From the sequence record PX418922.1: a stretch of 64,000 nt of DNA; one strand, 5' to 3'. The position numbers were made by a program, and so were the translations under genes. The notes beneath the pieces are model-generated. The model did not search any database, had not been told where the DNA came from, and saw only the letters and a program-made list of their open reading frames with translations. This document shows, one piece after another, positions 24,693-33,548 of the stretch. Source of the stretch: a phage. Position 1 is the first letter of the stretch. The number at the start of each line of letters is the position of its first letter.

Positions 24693-25055
24693 ATGTCTAA
24701 AGATTTTGTTGAAATGTTTGTCAAAGATGAAGAAACTGGTTTAGGCACAGGTTTCATTTGTGAAGAAACCTTTAAACGTGAACAAGAAAAAGCTATTCTT
24801 ATGCGAAACTATGATCACGCATTAGAACAATGGAAAAATGCAGAACAAAAATGCAAAAACCTTTATGCAGAAAATAGAAAACTACAAGATCAAATGGAGT
24901 TGTTAGCTATCAGTTTACGATCTCTCATTTTGGCTGTAGAAGATGGTTTTAAAAATCCAGATGGTTTTCCTGTGAGCGATATTGAACATGATTTGTATCT
25001 TGCTCGTGGTGCTTACTTCTATGTTAAACAGAAGTCTGTAGAAGGAGAGAAGTGA
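24693..25055 (+). CDS. hypothetical protein (120 aa)
   Basis: RBS AGGAG before ATG 24693. Confidence 0.5.
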   Translation: MSKDFVEMFVKDEETGLGTGFICEETFKREQEKAILMRNYDHALEQWKNAEQKCKNLYAENRKLQDQMELLAISLRSLILAVEDGFKNPDGFPVSDIEHDLYLARGAYFYVKQKSVEGEK

Positions 25056-25252
25056 TGGAAGAAAAACTGGAACGTATTATCGAGTTAGCCATGTCTATTG
25101 GCTACGACGATTGTTTTCTCCAAACTATTGGAGAAATAGAGAACGATTACGACTCTTGGGTGAAAGAGTTGGAAGAACTTAAAACTTCCTTGATTGCTGA
25201 CTTTGCTGAAGCAGAGGATAAAGCAGATCGTTACAACTATCTGTGTCGATAA
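25052..25252 (+). CDS. hypothetical protein (66 aa)
   Basis: RBS AAGGAGAG; ATGA overlap. Confidence 0.5.
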   Translation: MMEEKLERIIELAMSIGYDDCFLQTIGEIENDYDSWVKELEELKTSLIADFAEAEDKADRYNYLCR

Positions 25253-25255
25253 AGC

Positions 25256-25283
25256 TTGACACACGCTTCCTGTATGGTATGCT
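25256..25283 (+). promoter_or_regulatory. sigma70-like promoter
   Basis: TTGACA 25256-25261, 16-nt spacer, TATGCT; TTACCACATCAAG start region resembles array units but no GC hairpin. Confidence 0.45.
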
Positions 25284-25312
25284 TACCACATCAAGACAAT
25301 AAGGAGAGAAAA

Positions 25313-25657
25313 ATGACTAAACTTTTGTGCGTATCATCTTCCGTTCCATATTTCACTGTTGGTAAGCAATACCCTGTGACAAATACGGACGAGGATGTAG
25401 ATTACTACTGGATCAATAGTGATGACGGAACAGATTGTGTTATTGAGTTGAGAATGCGCTGCGCCACTTTTGAGGTGGTAACTGAAAACGTGATGCGTCT
25501 TTTCGAGATCCGATATACAAAAGATAACGGCAGTATTAAAACTTATCAGATCCCAGCCCTTTCTATCTACGACGCATGTGTACGTTTGGGTCAGATTTAC
25601 GGGGACGATAAATACTACCGTGACGATGTGTCCATTCATGTGGTAGAGGTGGTGTAA
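25313..25657 (+). CDS. hypothetical protein (114 aa)
   Basis: RBS AAGGAGAG before ATG 25313. Confidence 0.55.
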   Translation: MTKLLCVSSSVPYFTVGKQYPVTNTDEDVDYYWINSDDGTDCVIELRMRCATFEVVTENVMRLFEIRYTKDNGSIKTYQIPALSIYDACVRLGQIYGDDKYYRDDVSIHVVEVV

Positions 25658-25658
25658 T

Positions 25659-25931
25659 ATGAATAAAGATCGGTTTCTTTCTTTAGTCGCGGAAGCTCCT
25701 TTTGATGTTCTTGGGGTGAGATTATGGAAAGACAGAAACTATGGGTTAGATGTTCAAACATACTCTCTTTGGTTGGTTGGGGAGCACAGCTTAGATGAAA
25801 GCTTGTGCATGGGTAGGGATTCTCGTTCCCTCTGTTTAAAGTTCAGAAGCTTAGAACGCGCAAACAAAGAGCAAGAAAAACTAACGAGGTGGCTAAATGA
25901 AAACAAGCGCAAGGTTGATGGAGTTTTATAA
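25659..25931 (+). CDS. hypothetical protein (90 aa)
   Basis: RBS GAGGTGG before ATG. Confidence 0.55.
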   Translation: MNKDRFLSLVAEAPFDVLGVRLWKDRNYGLDVQTYSLWLVGEHSLDESLCMGRDSRSLCLKFRSLERANKEQEKLTRWLNENKRKVDGVL

Positions 25932-26101
25932 AATTTATCTAGCATGGATTGATGTTGGTGCTCCTGATGGTAAACCTTTTCGGCGGGATTGACTTTGGGT
26001 CATTGTTTGGCAAACATTGAAGATGTTGTGATCCAAAGGGTTGTTTTAGAGAAAGAGGCTATTTGAGAGAAGACGGCACAATACTTAAATATAAAGATTA
26101 A
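25918..26101 (+). pseudogene. decayed GLCxCL-family gene remnant
   Basis: MEFYKIYLAWIDVGAPDGKPFRRD* matches family N-terminus; downstream frame-shifted ILKYKD* matches C-terminal (I/L)KWVKD; ~184 nt vs ~320-375 nt for intact members. Confidence 0.45.
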
Positions 26102-26118
26102 CCACAAAGGAGATAGAT

Positions 26119-26418
26119 ATGCAAGTTGAAGACCTGATTAAAATTTTGAATGAAGCTAAAGAGAAAGGTGCTATCAAGGACTGGAAACGTGAAACAAGTG
26201 AAGACCTATCTCATTGTTGCCGAGAGTTTTACATCGAAGGTATTGCTGACGATCATTATACTATCGAATGGTATATCAACTTAATGACCCTTAAGCACGG
26301 TTCATTTGAGATTTGGTTTGATGACATTGATGTAAATGGTTTTCATCCTGGCTATAAAATCGCTATGCAGTTATCTTATCGTAGAGAAGTTGTAGCACAT
26401 TTGGGTTTACATAACTAA
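26119..26418 (+). CDS. hypothetical protein (99 aa)
   Basis: RBS AAGGAG before ATG. Confidence 0.55.
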   Translation: MQVEDLIKILNEAKEKGAIKDWKRETSEDLSHCCREFYIEGIADDHYTIEWYINLMTLKHGSFEIWFDDIDVNGFHPGYKIAMQLSYRREVVAHLGLHN

Positions 26419-26428
26419 GGAGAAAAGA

Positions 26429-26752
26429 ATGCAAGCAGTTGTTAACGAAGCTATTATGAACTTATCCTTCTTGTTAGCTGGTTTAGGAGGTGTTCTCATA
26501 GGTTTGGCTCTTATCTGGTGTATTCGTCGATTAATCGGGTACCGACAAAAAGGTGTTTCATGTTTTGTATCTTACAATTTTACAACTGCTTACAGCAATG
26601 AAGTTGGATCTGGTAATGCTCAAGCATTTTTACCAACATATCCTCCTACGGTGGAAGATATTCGAAACTTGGAAGTACAACTTATGGGACTAGGTGATAA
26701 CTATACATCTCTAGTTATTCAAAATATTTTTCGACTAAAACAGGGGGCGTGA
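26429..26752 (+). CDS. membrane protein (107 aa)
   Basis: RBS AAGGAG; N-terminal TM segment LSFLLAGLGGVLIGLALIWCI. Confidence 0.55.
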   Translation: MQAVVNEAIMNLSFLLAGLGGVLIGLALIWCIRRLIGYRQKGVSCFVSYNFTTAYSNEVGSGNAQAFLPTYPPTVEDIRNLEVQLMGLGDNYTSLVIQNIFRLKQGA

Positions 26753-26965
26753 ATGAAGGTACATTACCCTCATCCATTTGATCCTAAAAACAAAGCCGTA
26801 ATTCTTCGTCAGTGGCAACGGGTTTGTCGTACTAAATGTCCAATCAATAGCCCACACAATGTAGACAAGGACTATCTTGGGACATTTGTTGAATACACTT
26901 ACATAGACAAAAACAAGCGTAAACAGCATGTCGAGGAATACTGCTTAAGAGTAGAATGGCTGTAA
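26753..26965 (+). CDS. hypothetical protein (70 aa)
   Basis: RBS GGGGG; ATG overlaps upstream stop. Confidence 0.5.
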   Translation: MKVHYPHPFDPKNKAVILRQWQRVCRTKCPINSPHNVDKDYLGTFVEYTYIDKNKRKQHVEEYCLRVEWL

Positions 26966-26977
26966 ATAATAAATACC

Positions 26978-27006
26978 TTGACAAGTGTTTATTCGTTTTG
27001 TAAAGT
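26978..27006 (+). promoter_or_regulatory. sigma70-like promoter for recombinase gene
   Basis: TTGACA 26978-26983, 17-nt spacer, TAAAGT 27001-27006. Confidence 0.5.
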
Positions 27007-27035
27007 GAGAATACAGCAATGGTTTAGGAGTGGTT

Positions 27036-27707
27036 ATGAAAAAGTTTGTTGTTTACAGTCGTCTTTCTAAACAGAAAAAAGGTGAGGCACAATATGGTAT
27101 GGAGAGCCAAGAGAATGATATCCGTTACTTCTTAGACTCTGTGCCTGATGCGGAAGTTATTGGTCAATTTTCTGAATACTATTCGGGTAAGGGCGATTGG
27201 AAGCAACGTAAGGAACTGGTTAAAGCGGTTGAAATGTGTAAAGCTACCGGAGCAACTTTATTGGTAGCTAAAGTTGACCGCTTGGGTCGTAACAACGCCT
27301 CCGTAGCAACTCTTCTAGAAATGATCGATGTTAAGATAGCCATTATGCCAGACGCAGATAAAATGGTTATACAGCTTCTGTCTGTTCTGGCTGAACAAGA
27401 AGTTAGAGGTATTGCTGATCGTATTAAAAAGGGTCTTGCTGTAGCAAAAAGCAAAGGTGTTTTATTAGGCAGTGCTAATCCTAAAACTGCCGCTGCACGT
27501 AGAAAAGGAAAAATGGAATACAACTCTGTTAAAGCAGACGCTTTTGCAGAGACATTCCGTGAACGCTTGGAGATCCTTAGAGATTTAAATACACCTTACA
27601 AAACTATTGCTGAAAAATTCAATAGTAAGAAAATAGCAACAGCACGTGGTGGTAAATGGGATGCTAAAACTGTTTCTCGTTTGTGTGCCAGACTGAACAT
27701 TAAATAG
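27036..27707 (+). CDS. serine recombinase (resolvase/invertase family)
   Basis: N-terminal VYSRLSKQ (catalytic Ser context), LLVAKVDRLGRN motif, C-terminal basic HTH-like region; RBS AGGAG. Confidence 0.65.
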   Translation: MKKFVVYSRLSKQKKGEAQYGMESQENDIRYFLDSVPDAEVIGQFSEYYSGKGDWKQRKELVKAVEMCKATGATLLVAKVDRLGRNNASVATLLEMIDVKIAIMPDADKMVIQLLSVLAEQEVRGIADRIKKGLAVAKSKGVLLGSANPKTAAARRKGKMEYNSVKADAFAETFRERLEILRDLNTPYKTIAEKFNSKKIATARGGKWDAKTVSRLCARLNIK

Positions 27708-27715
27708 GAGAGGAT

Positions 27716-28138
27716 ATGAAACAAGAAAATGAATCTGTAGATCACTTAATCATGCTGTCAGCCCTTTTTGCCGGATGGGACGTATTTTTTGAAAATTTGT
27801 TCAATTCTGCTACAGATGGTTCCGATTTTATGCGCCAGTTTAAACGACGAACTGTTGAGGACTATGCTTTCTATTCAGGTCGGATTGAAAAAGGTTACGA
27901 AGATACAAATACAACACTCACCATTAAAGTTTTAGATGTGATGTTTAGTGTTATAGATGCTATCGACGAAAGTCTTCCGATCCTAGACAATTGTAATACG
28001 AAAGCCTATGTTTACAAAATAGCTCGTGCTTATGTGTCTGCAAACAGTTGTCTTCTTTCCACCCAGATTGCCGTGAACAATCTTGCCAACTTGTTTGATG
28101 AAGGAGAAACTTTTTATGACAATCGATTTGAAGTGTAA
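27716..28138 (+). CDS. hypothetical protein (140 aa)
   Basis: RBS AGGAGAGG before ATG. Confidence 0.55.
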   Translation: MKQENESVDHLIMLSALFAGWDVFFENLFNSATDGSDFMRQFKRRTVEDYAFYSGRIEKGYEDTNTTLTIKVLDVMFSVIDAIDESLPILDNCNTKAYVYKIARAYVSANSCLLSTQIAVNNLANLFDEGETFYDNRFEV

Positions 28139-28481
28139 GAGGATTCTTTTAGATTTCTATAATAATTGGTTAGAACACCTCCGGCTCTTTCCAAGAGAAA
28201 GTGGTTACGCTGATGTTGGCTTATGCCGAGGTCTACGTATGTATATAAGTGGTGAATTTCGGGCCGAGCATTCTTTAGCATATTCTGTTTATGGTATGCA
28301 ATTAGCCAGTTTTGAAAACGCTGGCTTAGATACAACTTTCCCATTTAACACAGCAAAATCTTTTGAGCAAGAGTGTAAGGAAAAACGTTGCATGTTTAAT
28401 GAAAAACGTGTACAGTGGGTTAAGGATCGAGTTAAACAACTGGAACAAGAGTTGGATTTCTTCTATGATGAGGCAGAATAA
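28117..28481 (+). CDS. GLCxCL-family small protein (121 aa), member 3
   Basis: RBS GGAGAAA; FYNNWLEHL, GLCRGL, KRVQWVKDR motifs. Confidence 0.55.
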
Positions 28482-28753
28482 TGGATAGACAAACCTTAAA
28501 AACAATGGCAGATGCCACTAATTCCCCGTACTTTGAAAAAGTAAGTAAATTGGTAGCTAAAGCCGCAGAGGAAGGATATTATAACATAAACATCCATAAC
28601 CCAAGTCTTATACTAGAAATGCCAAGTGATAAGAAGATACAAGAGAGTATCTGTGAAGGTATTGTTAGTTACTGGCGCGAGCGTGGGTGTGGTGCAAACA
28701 TGGCTTTAGACAGTGCAAACATTGTAAGATATATAAATATTTCTTGGGGGTGA
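28481..28753 (+). CDS. hypothetical protein (90 aa)
   Basis: Start overlaps upstream stop (TAATG). Confidence 0.5.
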   Translation: MDRQTLKTMADATNSPYFEKVSKLVAKAAEEGYYNINIHNPSLILEMPSDKKIQESICEGIVSYWRERGCGANMALDSANIVRYINISWG

Positions 28754-28794
28754 TTTTATGATTCAATGCACTCATATCCAAATTACTTGGAGAG

Positions 28795-29370
28795 ATGAAC
28801 TTTACCATTTTGGGACAATTTACTGTAGGGGAAACATACCCTGTCATTAAACATAATCCTAACATCGCAAACTTTGATAGGATGGTTCTTGTTGAGGACG
28901 ATCTGGGTCAAACTTATTCTTTAGATCTAAAATATCCGTTTTCTTACGGCTACGATTGGATCGTTACTTTTGAAGACGTGGAGGAAAATAAAACAATGAA
29001 CGAAAAAAATTCTTGGTATTATCGTTGTGAACTGCCGCCAGTAGGTGAAAAGGTTATCTTTGTTCCTGATTTGGAAAGATATTCTTGGGACAGTTCTTAT
29101 TCTATTCCTAAAGAAGGCACCGAAGTTGAAGTTATTGCACATCGCACAACTTCGCATGGTAACGATGTAGCAGTTGTTTTCTGGGATGATGAAGGTGCTG
29201 CTTGTGCAGGTGGCTTTGTTGCAGGTAATTTTGAACCCCTGCCAGATCCTTTGAAGGAGGCAATTTTAGGCGTAGCTTCTTTTGGACTCTCTTACACATC
29301 TGCACAAGAGATCGTAGAAGGTATTTTAAACGGTACCGTTCCAAACGAAATTTTTAAACAGATTAAATAA
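28795..29370 (+). CDS. hypothetical protein (191 aa)
   Basis: RBS GGAGAG before ATG. Confidence 0.55.
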   Translation: MNFTILGQFTVGETYPVIKHNPNIANFDRMVLVEDDLGQTYSLDLKYPFSYGYDWIVTFEDVEENKTMNEKNSWYYRCELPPVGEKVIFVPDLERYSWDSSYSIPKEGTEVEVIAHRTTSHGNDVAVVFWDDEGAACAGGFVAGNFEPLPDPLKEAILGVASFGLSYTSAQEIVEGILNGTVPNEIFKQIK

Positions 29371-29375
29371 TAGTT

Positions 29376-29400
29376 GCACCCCGTTCTGCGGGGTGTTATT
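29376..29400 (+). terminator. rho-independent terminator
   Basis: GCACCCCG-TTCT-GCGGGGTG hairpin then TTATT. Confidence 0.6.
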
Positions 29401-29421
29401 GTATATGTAAAGGAGGCGCTA

Positions 29422-29760
29422 ATGTATTACACTGAAGACTACATATTGTATAACTTTTTTAAAGGTTGGTTGAAATGGGCGGAACAAGCTCCTGTCGGAG
29501 ATTGTGTTTTTCCTTGGGATTCTCGTCAAGGCTTGTGTCGTTGTTTGGAAGATTGGCTTATAACCACAAACTACAATTCAGAAACTAAGAAATCTACATC
29601 AAACAGATTAAAAATGTTGTTTGAAGAAGATGGTTTAGATCCAATTTATCCTTTCGGTGAGGAAAGTTTCCACAATGGTCTTTTCCTTGGCACTCAACAT
29701 TATGATAAAGATCGTGTAGATTGGGTAAAAGAAAAGGTAGCACAGTATGAATGGGGTTAA
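29422..29760 (+). CDS. GLCxCL-family small protein (112 aa), member 4
   Basis: RBS AAGGAGG before ATG 29422; FFKGWLKWAEQAP, GLCRCL, DRVDWVKEK motifs. Confidence 0.6.
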   Translation: MYYTEDYILYNFFKGWLKWAEQAPVGDCVFPWDSRQGLCRCLEDWLITTNYNSETKKSTSNRLKMLFEEDGLDPIYPFGEESFHNGLFLGTQHYDKDRVDWVKEKVAQYEWG

Positions 29761-29950
29761 GAATTATCACCGCTGGTTAGAAAGCTATCTTAAGAAATGT
29801 GAACTTGGTGTTCCAGGTTATACTTACGACACGGACGAGATCCTTGATGAAATGGAAGTTTGGTTTAAAGAGCCTCGTGAACTATTGGAAAACATTCTAA
29901 TGGCTTGGGATGGTACGGCACAAAGCATTGAAGGAGGTAGAAATGAGTAA
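29747..29950 (+). CDS. hypothetical protein (67 aa)
   Basis: Overlaps upstream gene end; weak RBS. Confidence 0.45.
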   Translation: MNGVKNYHRWLESYLKKCELGVPGYTYDTDEILDEMEVWFKEPRELLENILMAWDGTAQSIEGGRNE

Positions 29951-30077
29951 GAAATTGTTTAATATTCGTGAGAATCGTGATGGATCGTTCTCTGTAGTCA
30001 ATGAGTTTAATGTTTCGGTTGGGACTTTTATTACTAAACGTCAAGCAGAACAAGTAAGAGATACTTTAAACAAGTAA
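29943..30077 (+). CDS. hypothetical small protein (44 aa)
   Basis: RBS AAGGAGG before ATG 29943; below ORF-track cutoff. Confidence 0.4.
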   Translation: MSKKLFNIRENRDGSFSVVNEFNVSVGTFITKRQAEQVRDTLNK

Positions 30078-30094
30078 ATTTTTAAGGGGGACTT

Positions 30095-30514
30095 ATGTTA
30101 GGTAAGATCAAAGCTTTTTTCAAACGTATTGTTGAAGGAAGTCCAACAGAAGGTGCATTAGGAAGATCTCTAACAGGAGAACCGCTTGCCATAATTTCTA
30201 TCAGTCGGTATGGTGGATATTCAATTAAACAAACACCTTTAGGTATAGAAGGTAGTATGCTTTCTTGGACAATATCTCAAGTTGGTGATAACAGGCTTGC
30301 AGCTATAGCATTGCTTCGTGGGGAGTATGACTATTGTTTATCAGCGCCTTGTAAAAAGCATCTCATAGAGCACATTAGAGATAGAGTAGAAAGAGAAGGC
30401 GGATACTTCTTCGAAACTAAGAGAAACGAACAAGGAACTCTTGACTTCACTAAGGTTTACTGGGACAATCATACTCGTCAAACTGTTGAACAACTTCTGG
30501 AGGAAAGATGTTAA
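30095..30514 (+). CDS. hypothetical protein (139 aa)
   Basis: RBS AAGGGGG before ATG. Confidence 0.55.
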   Translation: MLGKIKAFFKRIVEGSPTEGALGRSLTGEPLAIISISRYGGYSIKQTPLGIEGSMLSWTISQVGDNRLAAIALLRGEYDYCLSAPCKKHLIEHIRDRVEREGGYFFETKRNEQGTLDFTKVYWDNHTRQTVEQLLEERC

Positions 30515-30717
30515 AAGCTTTTGCTGTATACTCTACTGTAGGATTCTTTTATTGGATTATAGTTGTTGTTGGATGTTGGTTGGGTTCTTCTGTTGTGATG
30601 GGAGAATGGTTAACATACAATGTATTTGAATGGAATGTAGTTTGTAGATCATTACTTGTTATATGGACTGCTATTGTTTGTTGGATAACTGTTAGTCTAA
30701 CATTAGATCTATATTGA
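30508..30717 (+). CDS. membrane protein (69 aa)
   Basis: RBS GGAGG; two hydrophobic segments. Confidence 0.5.
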   Translation: MLKAFAVYSTVGFFYWIIVVVGCWLGSSVVMGEWLTYNVFEWNVVCRSLLVIWTAIVCWITVSLTLDLY

Positions 30718-31010
30718 TTAATAGATGGTAGATAGATGATCATAGTTTATCTACCTTCACTTACGTTTCATACCTCACTATCGTGAGTAACATGAAACAT
30801 TATTATATAGAAATCTACTACTCGCTATCGCTCGTAAACATATGTTTAGGGTACCATATTTTTTTGAAAAAGTCAATGCTGATTCACCTATCAATTATCT
30901 GTTTAAGATAAATCTTACCTATCAATCTAACTCTTAACTAGTATTGCACCTATAGTAAGACTATTCCTATAGTTATTAACCCTCTTCTTCTGTAGAATGT
31001 AATTAGATCC

Positions 31011-31040
31011 TTGACAAACTCACAAAGCTTGTGTTACATT
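31011..31040 (+). promoter_or_regulatory. sigma70-like promoter
   Basis: TTGACA 31011-31016, 17-nt spacer, TTACAT/TACATT; follows 300-bp non-coding gap. Confidence 0.4.
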
Positions 31041-31077
31041 GTGTCTCACAAGTGAATAATACCGAACAGGAGGAAGA

Positions 31078-31293
31078 ATGAGTTCCAATTTTCTATACAA
31101 AGCAAAAGATTCACGAGATGGAGAGAACCATTGGTGGTTGATCACAGAAGATGGTGTTATCATCCTACCGTGGGACGGAGAGACGAAAGTTCAAATACTA
31201 GAGAAAGTAAAAGGTGTTAGTTTTAATGTTAATCATGATATAACAACTTTCAAAGCTTTTGCTATGAATCCTAGTCTTGTTGCTGAATGGTAA
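31078..31293 (+). CDS. hypothetical protein (71 aa)
   Basis: RBS AGGAGG before ATG; C-terminus ..LVAEW. Confidence 0.55.
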   Translation: MSSNFLYKAKDSRDGENHWWLITEDGVIILPWDGETKVQILEKVKGVSFNVNHDITTFKAFAMNPSLVAEW

Positions 31294-31305
31294 TCCAGGA
31301 GAAGA

Positions 31306-31525
31306 TATGACTAAAATGTATGCAGCCGTTGATAAGCTGGATGGGTCTGATTCTGTTTTTATTTTGAATAAAATGGGTGTCTTAGTTTATGCCCGAACTT
31401 CTCAAAACATAGAGCACCAAGTGGAAGCAGCACAAATTTTAGAGCAAATAACCCCTCCATACCTATACTCAAATGTTGAGCGTTTTAACGATGCACTTGG
31501 TTTGACGTTAATAGCGGAATGGTAA
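31306..31525 (+). CDS. hypothetical protein (72 aa)
   Basis: RBS AGGAGAAG before ATG 31306; C-terminus ..LIAEW similar to previous ORF. Confidence 0.5.
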
Positions 31526-31725
31526 TAATGGCGAAAATGTTGAAAATTGATAATGTCGTAACAATCACTACGTCCATACCTTGTCCTCCTATGCCTTGCC
31601 CCTATTGTGGTGGTGCAGGATATGTTATGGCGGATGTAGGTCAAATTTACGAGTGTAACCCGTGCAAAACCACAGGTTATATCCAAATAGAATCAGAGGA
31701 GAAACACTATGAGCCAAAACGCTAA
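31519..31725 (+). CDS. zinc-ribbon small protein (68 aa)
   Basis: CPYCGG..CNPCK Cys pairs; start ATG 31519 or 31528. Confidence 0.5.
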   Translation: MVIMAKMLKIDNVVTITTSIPCPPMPCPYCGGAGYVMADVGQIYECNPCKTTGYIQIESEEKHYEPKR

Positions 31726-32158
31726 AGAAAAAGAAGTAATCACGGTAATCCGTCAGATGGAAGGTGCCGAAAACAATGCTTTTGTTACTAAGATTCTTCT
31801 TAATATCTTTGAAGATGTTATTTTAAACAATCCTGGTCATAAAGATTATCAGTATGATGTTATGATGGGTGCTTTGCTTGAGATTAACAAAAACACTTTT
31901 GCTGAATATGAGCAACACATGCTTTTACCAGAGGAAGATCAGGATTATTTGTTATCTGGTGCTTTAAGTGCACAAGAAAATTTCTACCACGTTCTTAATA
32001 TGGCTTATGCAGATGAACTTGCTGTCTCCCTTGAAGAGCGGATTCAAATGGTTCGTGACGTAATGAATGAACAAATCCAAGAAGTTGAGGATCTGGTGGC
32101 AGAGCCTTTAGCAGAAATTCGTGCAGCTATTGAAAAACAAAAAGGAACTCAATCATGA
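31709..32158 (+). CDS. hypothetical protein (149 aa)
   Basis: RBS GAGGAG before ATG. Confidence 0.55.
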   Translation: MSQNAKEKEVITVIRQMEGAENNAFVTKILLNIFEDVILNNPGHKDYQYDVMMGALLEINKNTFAEYEQHMLLPEEDQDYLLSGALSAQENFYHVLNMAYADELAVSLEERIQMVRDVMNEQIQEVEDLVAEPLAEIRAAIEKQKGTQS

Positions 32159-32322
32159 TGCAAGTAGGTGATGTGGTTTGCCTTAAAGGTGCAAACAAAC
32201 AAATGACAGTAATAGAAAGTTATGGTGAATCTTGTAAAGTAACTTGGTTCGATGAAAACGGGGAATTGCAACACGCCATATTCGATCAAAAAGCTTTGAG
32301 GAAGGTTGAAGAAAAAGAATGA
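32155..32322 (+). CDS. hypothetical small protein (55 aa)
   Basis: RBS AAAGGA; ATGA overlap with upstream gene; below ORF-track cutoff. Confidence 0.4.
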   Translation: MMQVGDVVCLKGANKQMTVIESYGESCKVTWFDENGELQHAIFDQKALRKVEEKE

Positions 32323-32582
32323 GCCATCCGTCAATATTTTTCTGTTTTGTAGATCTTGAAAACGAGTCTTTAATCGTTGATAGTGAGGGTTACTTCACTT
32401 ATTGGGAATCCGAGCACGAAACTATAAGTGTAGTGAAAGAAATTATGCAAACCAATCCAAACCTACCAGCACATAAGTACGGTATTGCAAAAGTGTTTGT
32501 TACTAAAACAGAGTACACAAAAGAGCGAAGCACTTTGTACCATAATATTGAAGTGATTCACTATTTCAAAGATGTTATTTAG
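32319..32582 (+). CDS. hypothetical protein (87 aa)
   Basis: ATGA overlap with upstream ORF. Confidence 0.5.
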   Translation: MSHPSIFFCFVDLENESLIVDSEGYFTYWESEHETISVVKEIMQTNPNLPAHKYGIAKVFVTKTEYTKERSTLYHNIEVIHYFKDVI

Positions 32583-32590
32583 GAGGTTAT

Positions 32591-33199
32591 ATGGAAGAGA
32601 AGATTTGGGATGGTAAAGATCCTTTAGAAGTTGGACACGTAGCACGTGTCAAAAAATCTACTACAGGTCCTGGTTTTTCTGGTTTGTATCATATACCAGA
32701 AGAAGGTCAGCACGTTACAATTTTGGCTCGTGACAAACAAAACGGAGCAACGCCTGTGTGGATTGTTCGCTGGTATGACAAAGATCTTAACATTTGCTTG
32801 TCACCTATTATGGCTCATTTGCTGGAAGCCCCTTGCTCTGAAGAAGCTCTAATTTTTGTTTCGGCTTTTCAGAAAGCCACAGGTTTAACATTAGATGCAA
32901 AAGATGTGCAAAAAGCATTTGACATTATTCAGGAAGACAACGATACTACATCTAACGACGAACTGGTTGAAGTTACAATCTTATCTTCAGCAGATATCCG
33001 AGAGATTGATAATTGTGATTTTCCAATCACATTTAAAATGTCGCAGAAAGACATGCAGTCATCTGGAAGTTGTTTTGGTATACCTCGTTGGTTTTTTGAT
33101 TCTATCAAAAATTCTACTACAGAGGGATCAGACTATGATCAAGATGACATGCTTTGGTTCTTAAAAAACCGAGAGATTGTTCTCTCACCACTTAAATAA
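32591..33199 (+). CDS. hypothetical protein (202 aa)
   Basis: RBS AGGAGG before ATG. Confidence 0.55.
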   Translation: MEEKIWDGKDPLEVGHVARVKKSTTGPGFSGLYHIPEEGQHVTILARDKQNGATPVWIVRWYDKDLNICLSPIMAHLLEAPCSEEALIFVSAFQKATGLTLDAKDVQKAFDIIQEDNDTTSNDELVEVTILSSADIREIDNCDFPITFKMSQKDMQSSGSCFGIPRWFFDSIKNSTTEGSDYDQDDMLWFLKNREIVLSPLK

Positions 33200-33362
33200 G
33201 GAGAAATAATGGTTTCATTTATCGTAGGTGTAGTTGTAGGCTATCTGATTAACAAATATCAAGACGTTATCACGGCAAAAGTAAAAGACATTTTAGACTC
33301 ATCTAAATAATCTATCAAAGCTGCATCTTCAATAGGTGCAGCCTTTTAAAAGGAGATATGGC

Positions 33363-33536
33363 ATGACTAAACGCACTGATTTTAAATGTATGCATTGTGG
33401 GAAATCTTTTGGGGATCATCAAGCTCGCACATTCAACTGTCCACGTAAAGGTCGCGGAAATTTTAAAGGTTTTAATCCCGCACATGTTTATTCTCCAGAT
33501 TACGATAAGCCAGAAGAAGAAAAATTTGTTATTTAA
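33363..33536 (+). CDS. zinc-finger small protein (57 aa)
   Basis: RBS AAGGAG before ATG 33363; CMHCG..CPRKG Cys pairs. Confidence 0.5.
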   Translation: MTKRTDFKCMHCGKSFGDHQARTFNCPRKGRGNFKGFNPAHVYSPDYDKPEEEKFVI

Positions 33537-33548
33537 TAAGGAGGTCAT

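Noticed and set aside
27036-27707. Temperate lifestyle or prophage integration module inferred from the recombinase
   Set aside because: It is a small serine resolvase/invertase-type protein, not a large serine or tyrosine integrase; no repressor/Cro switch or att-like core was seen, and the gene content fits a virulent phage.
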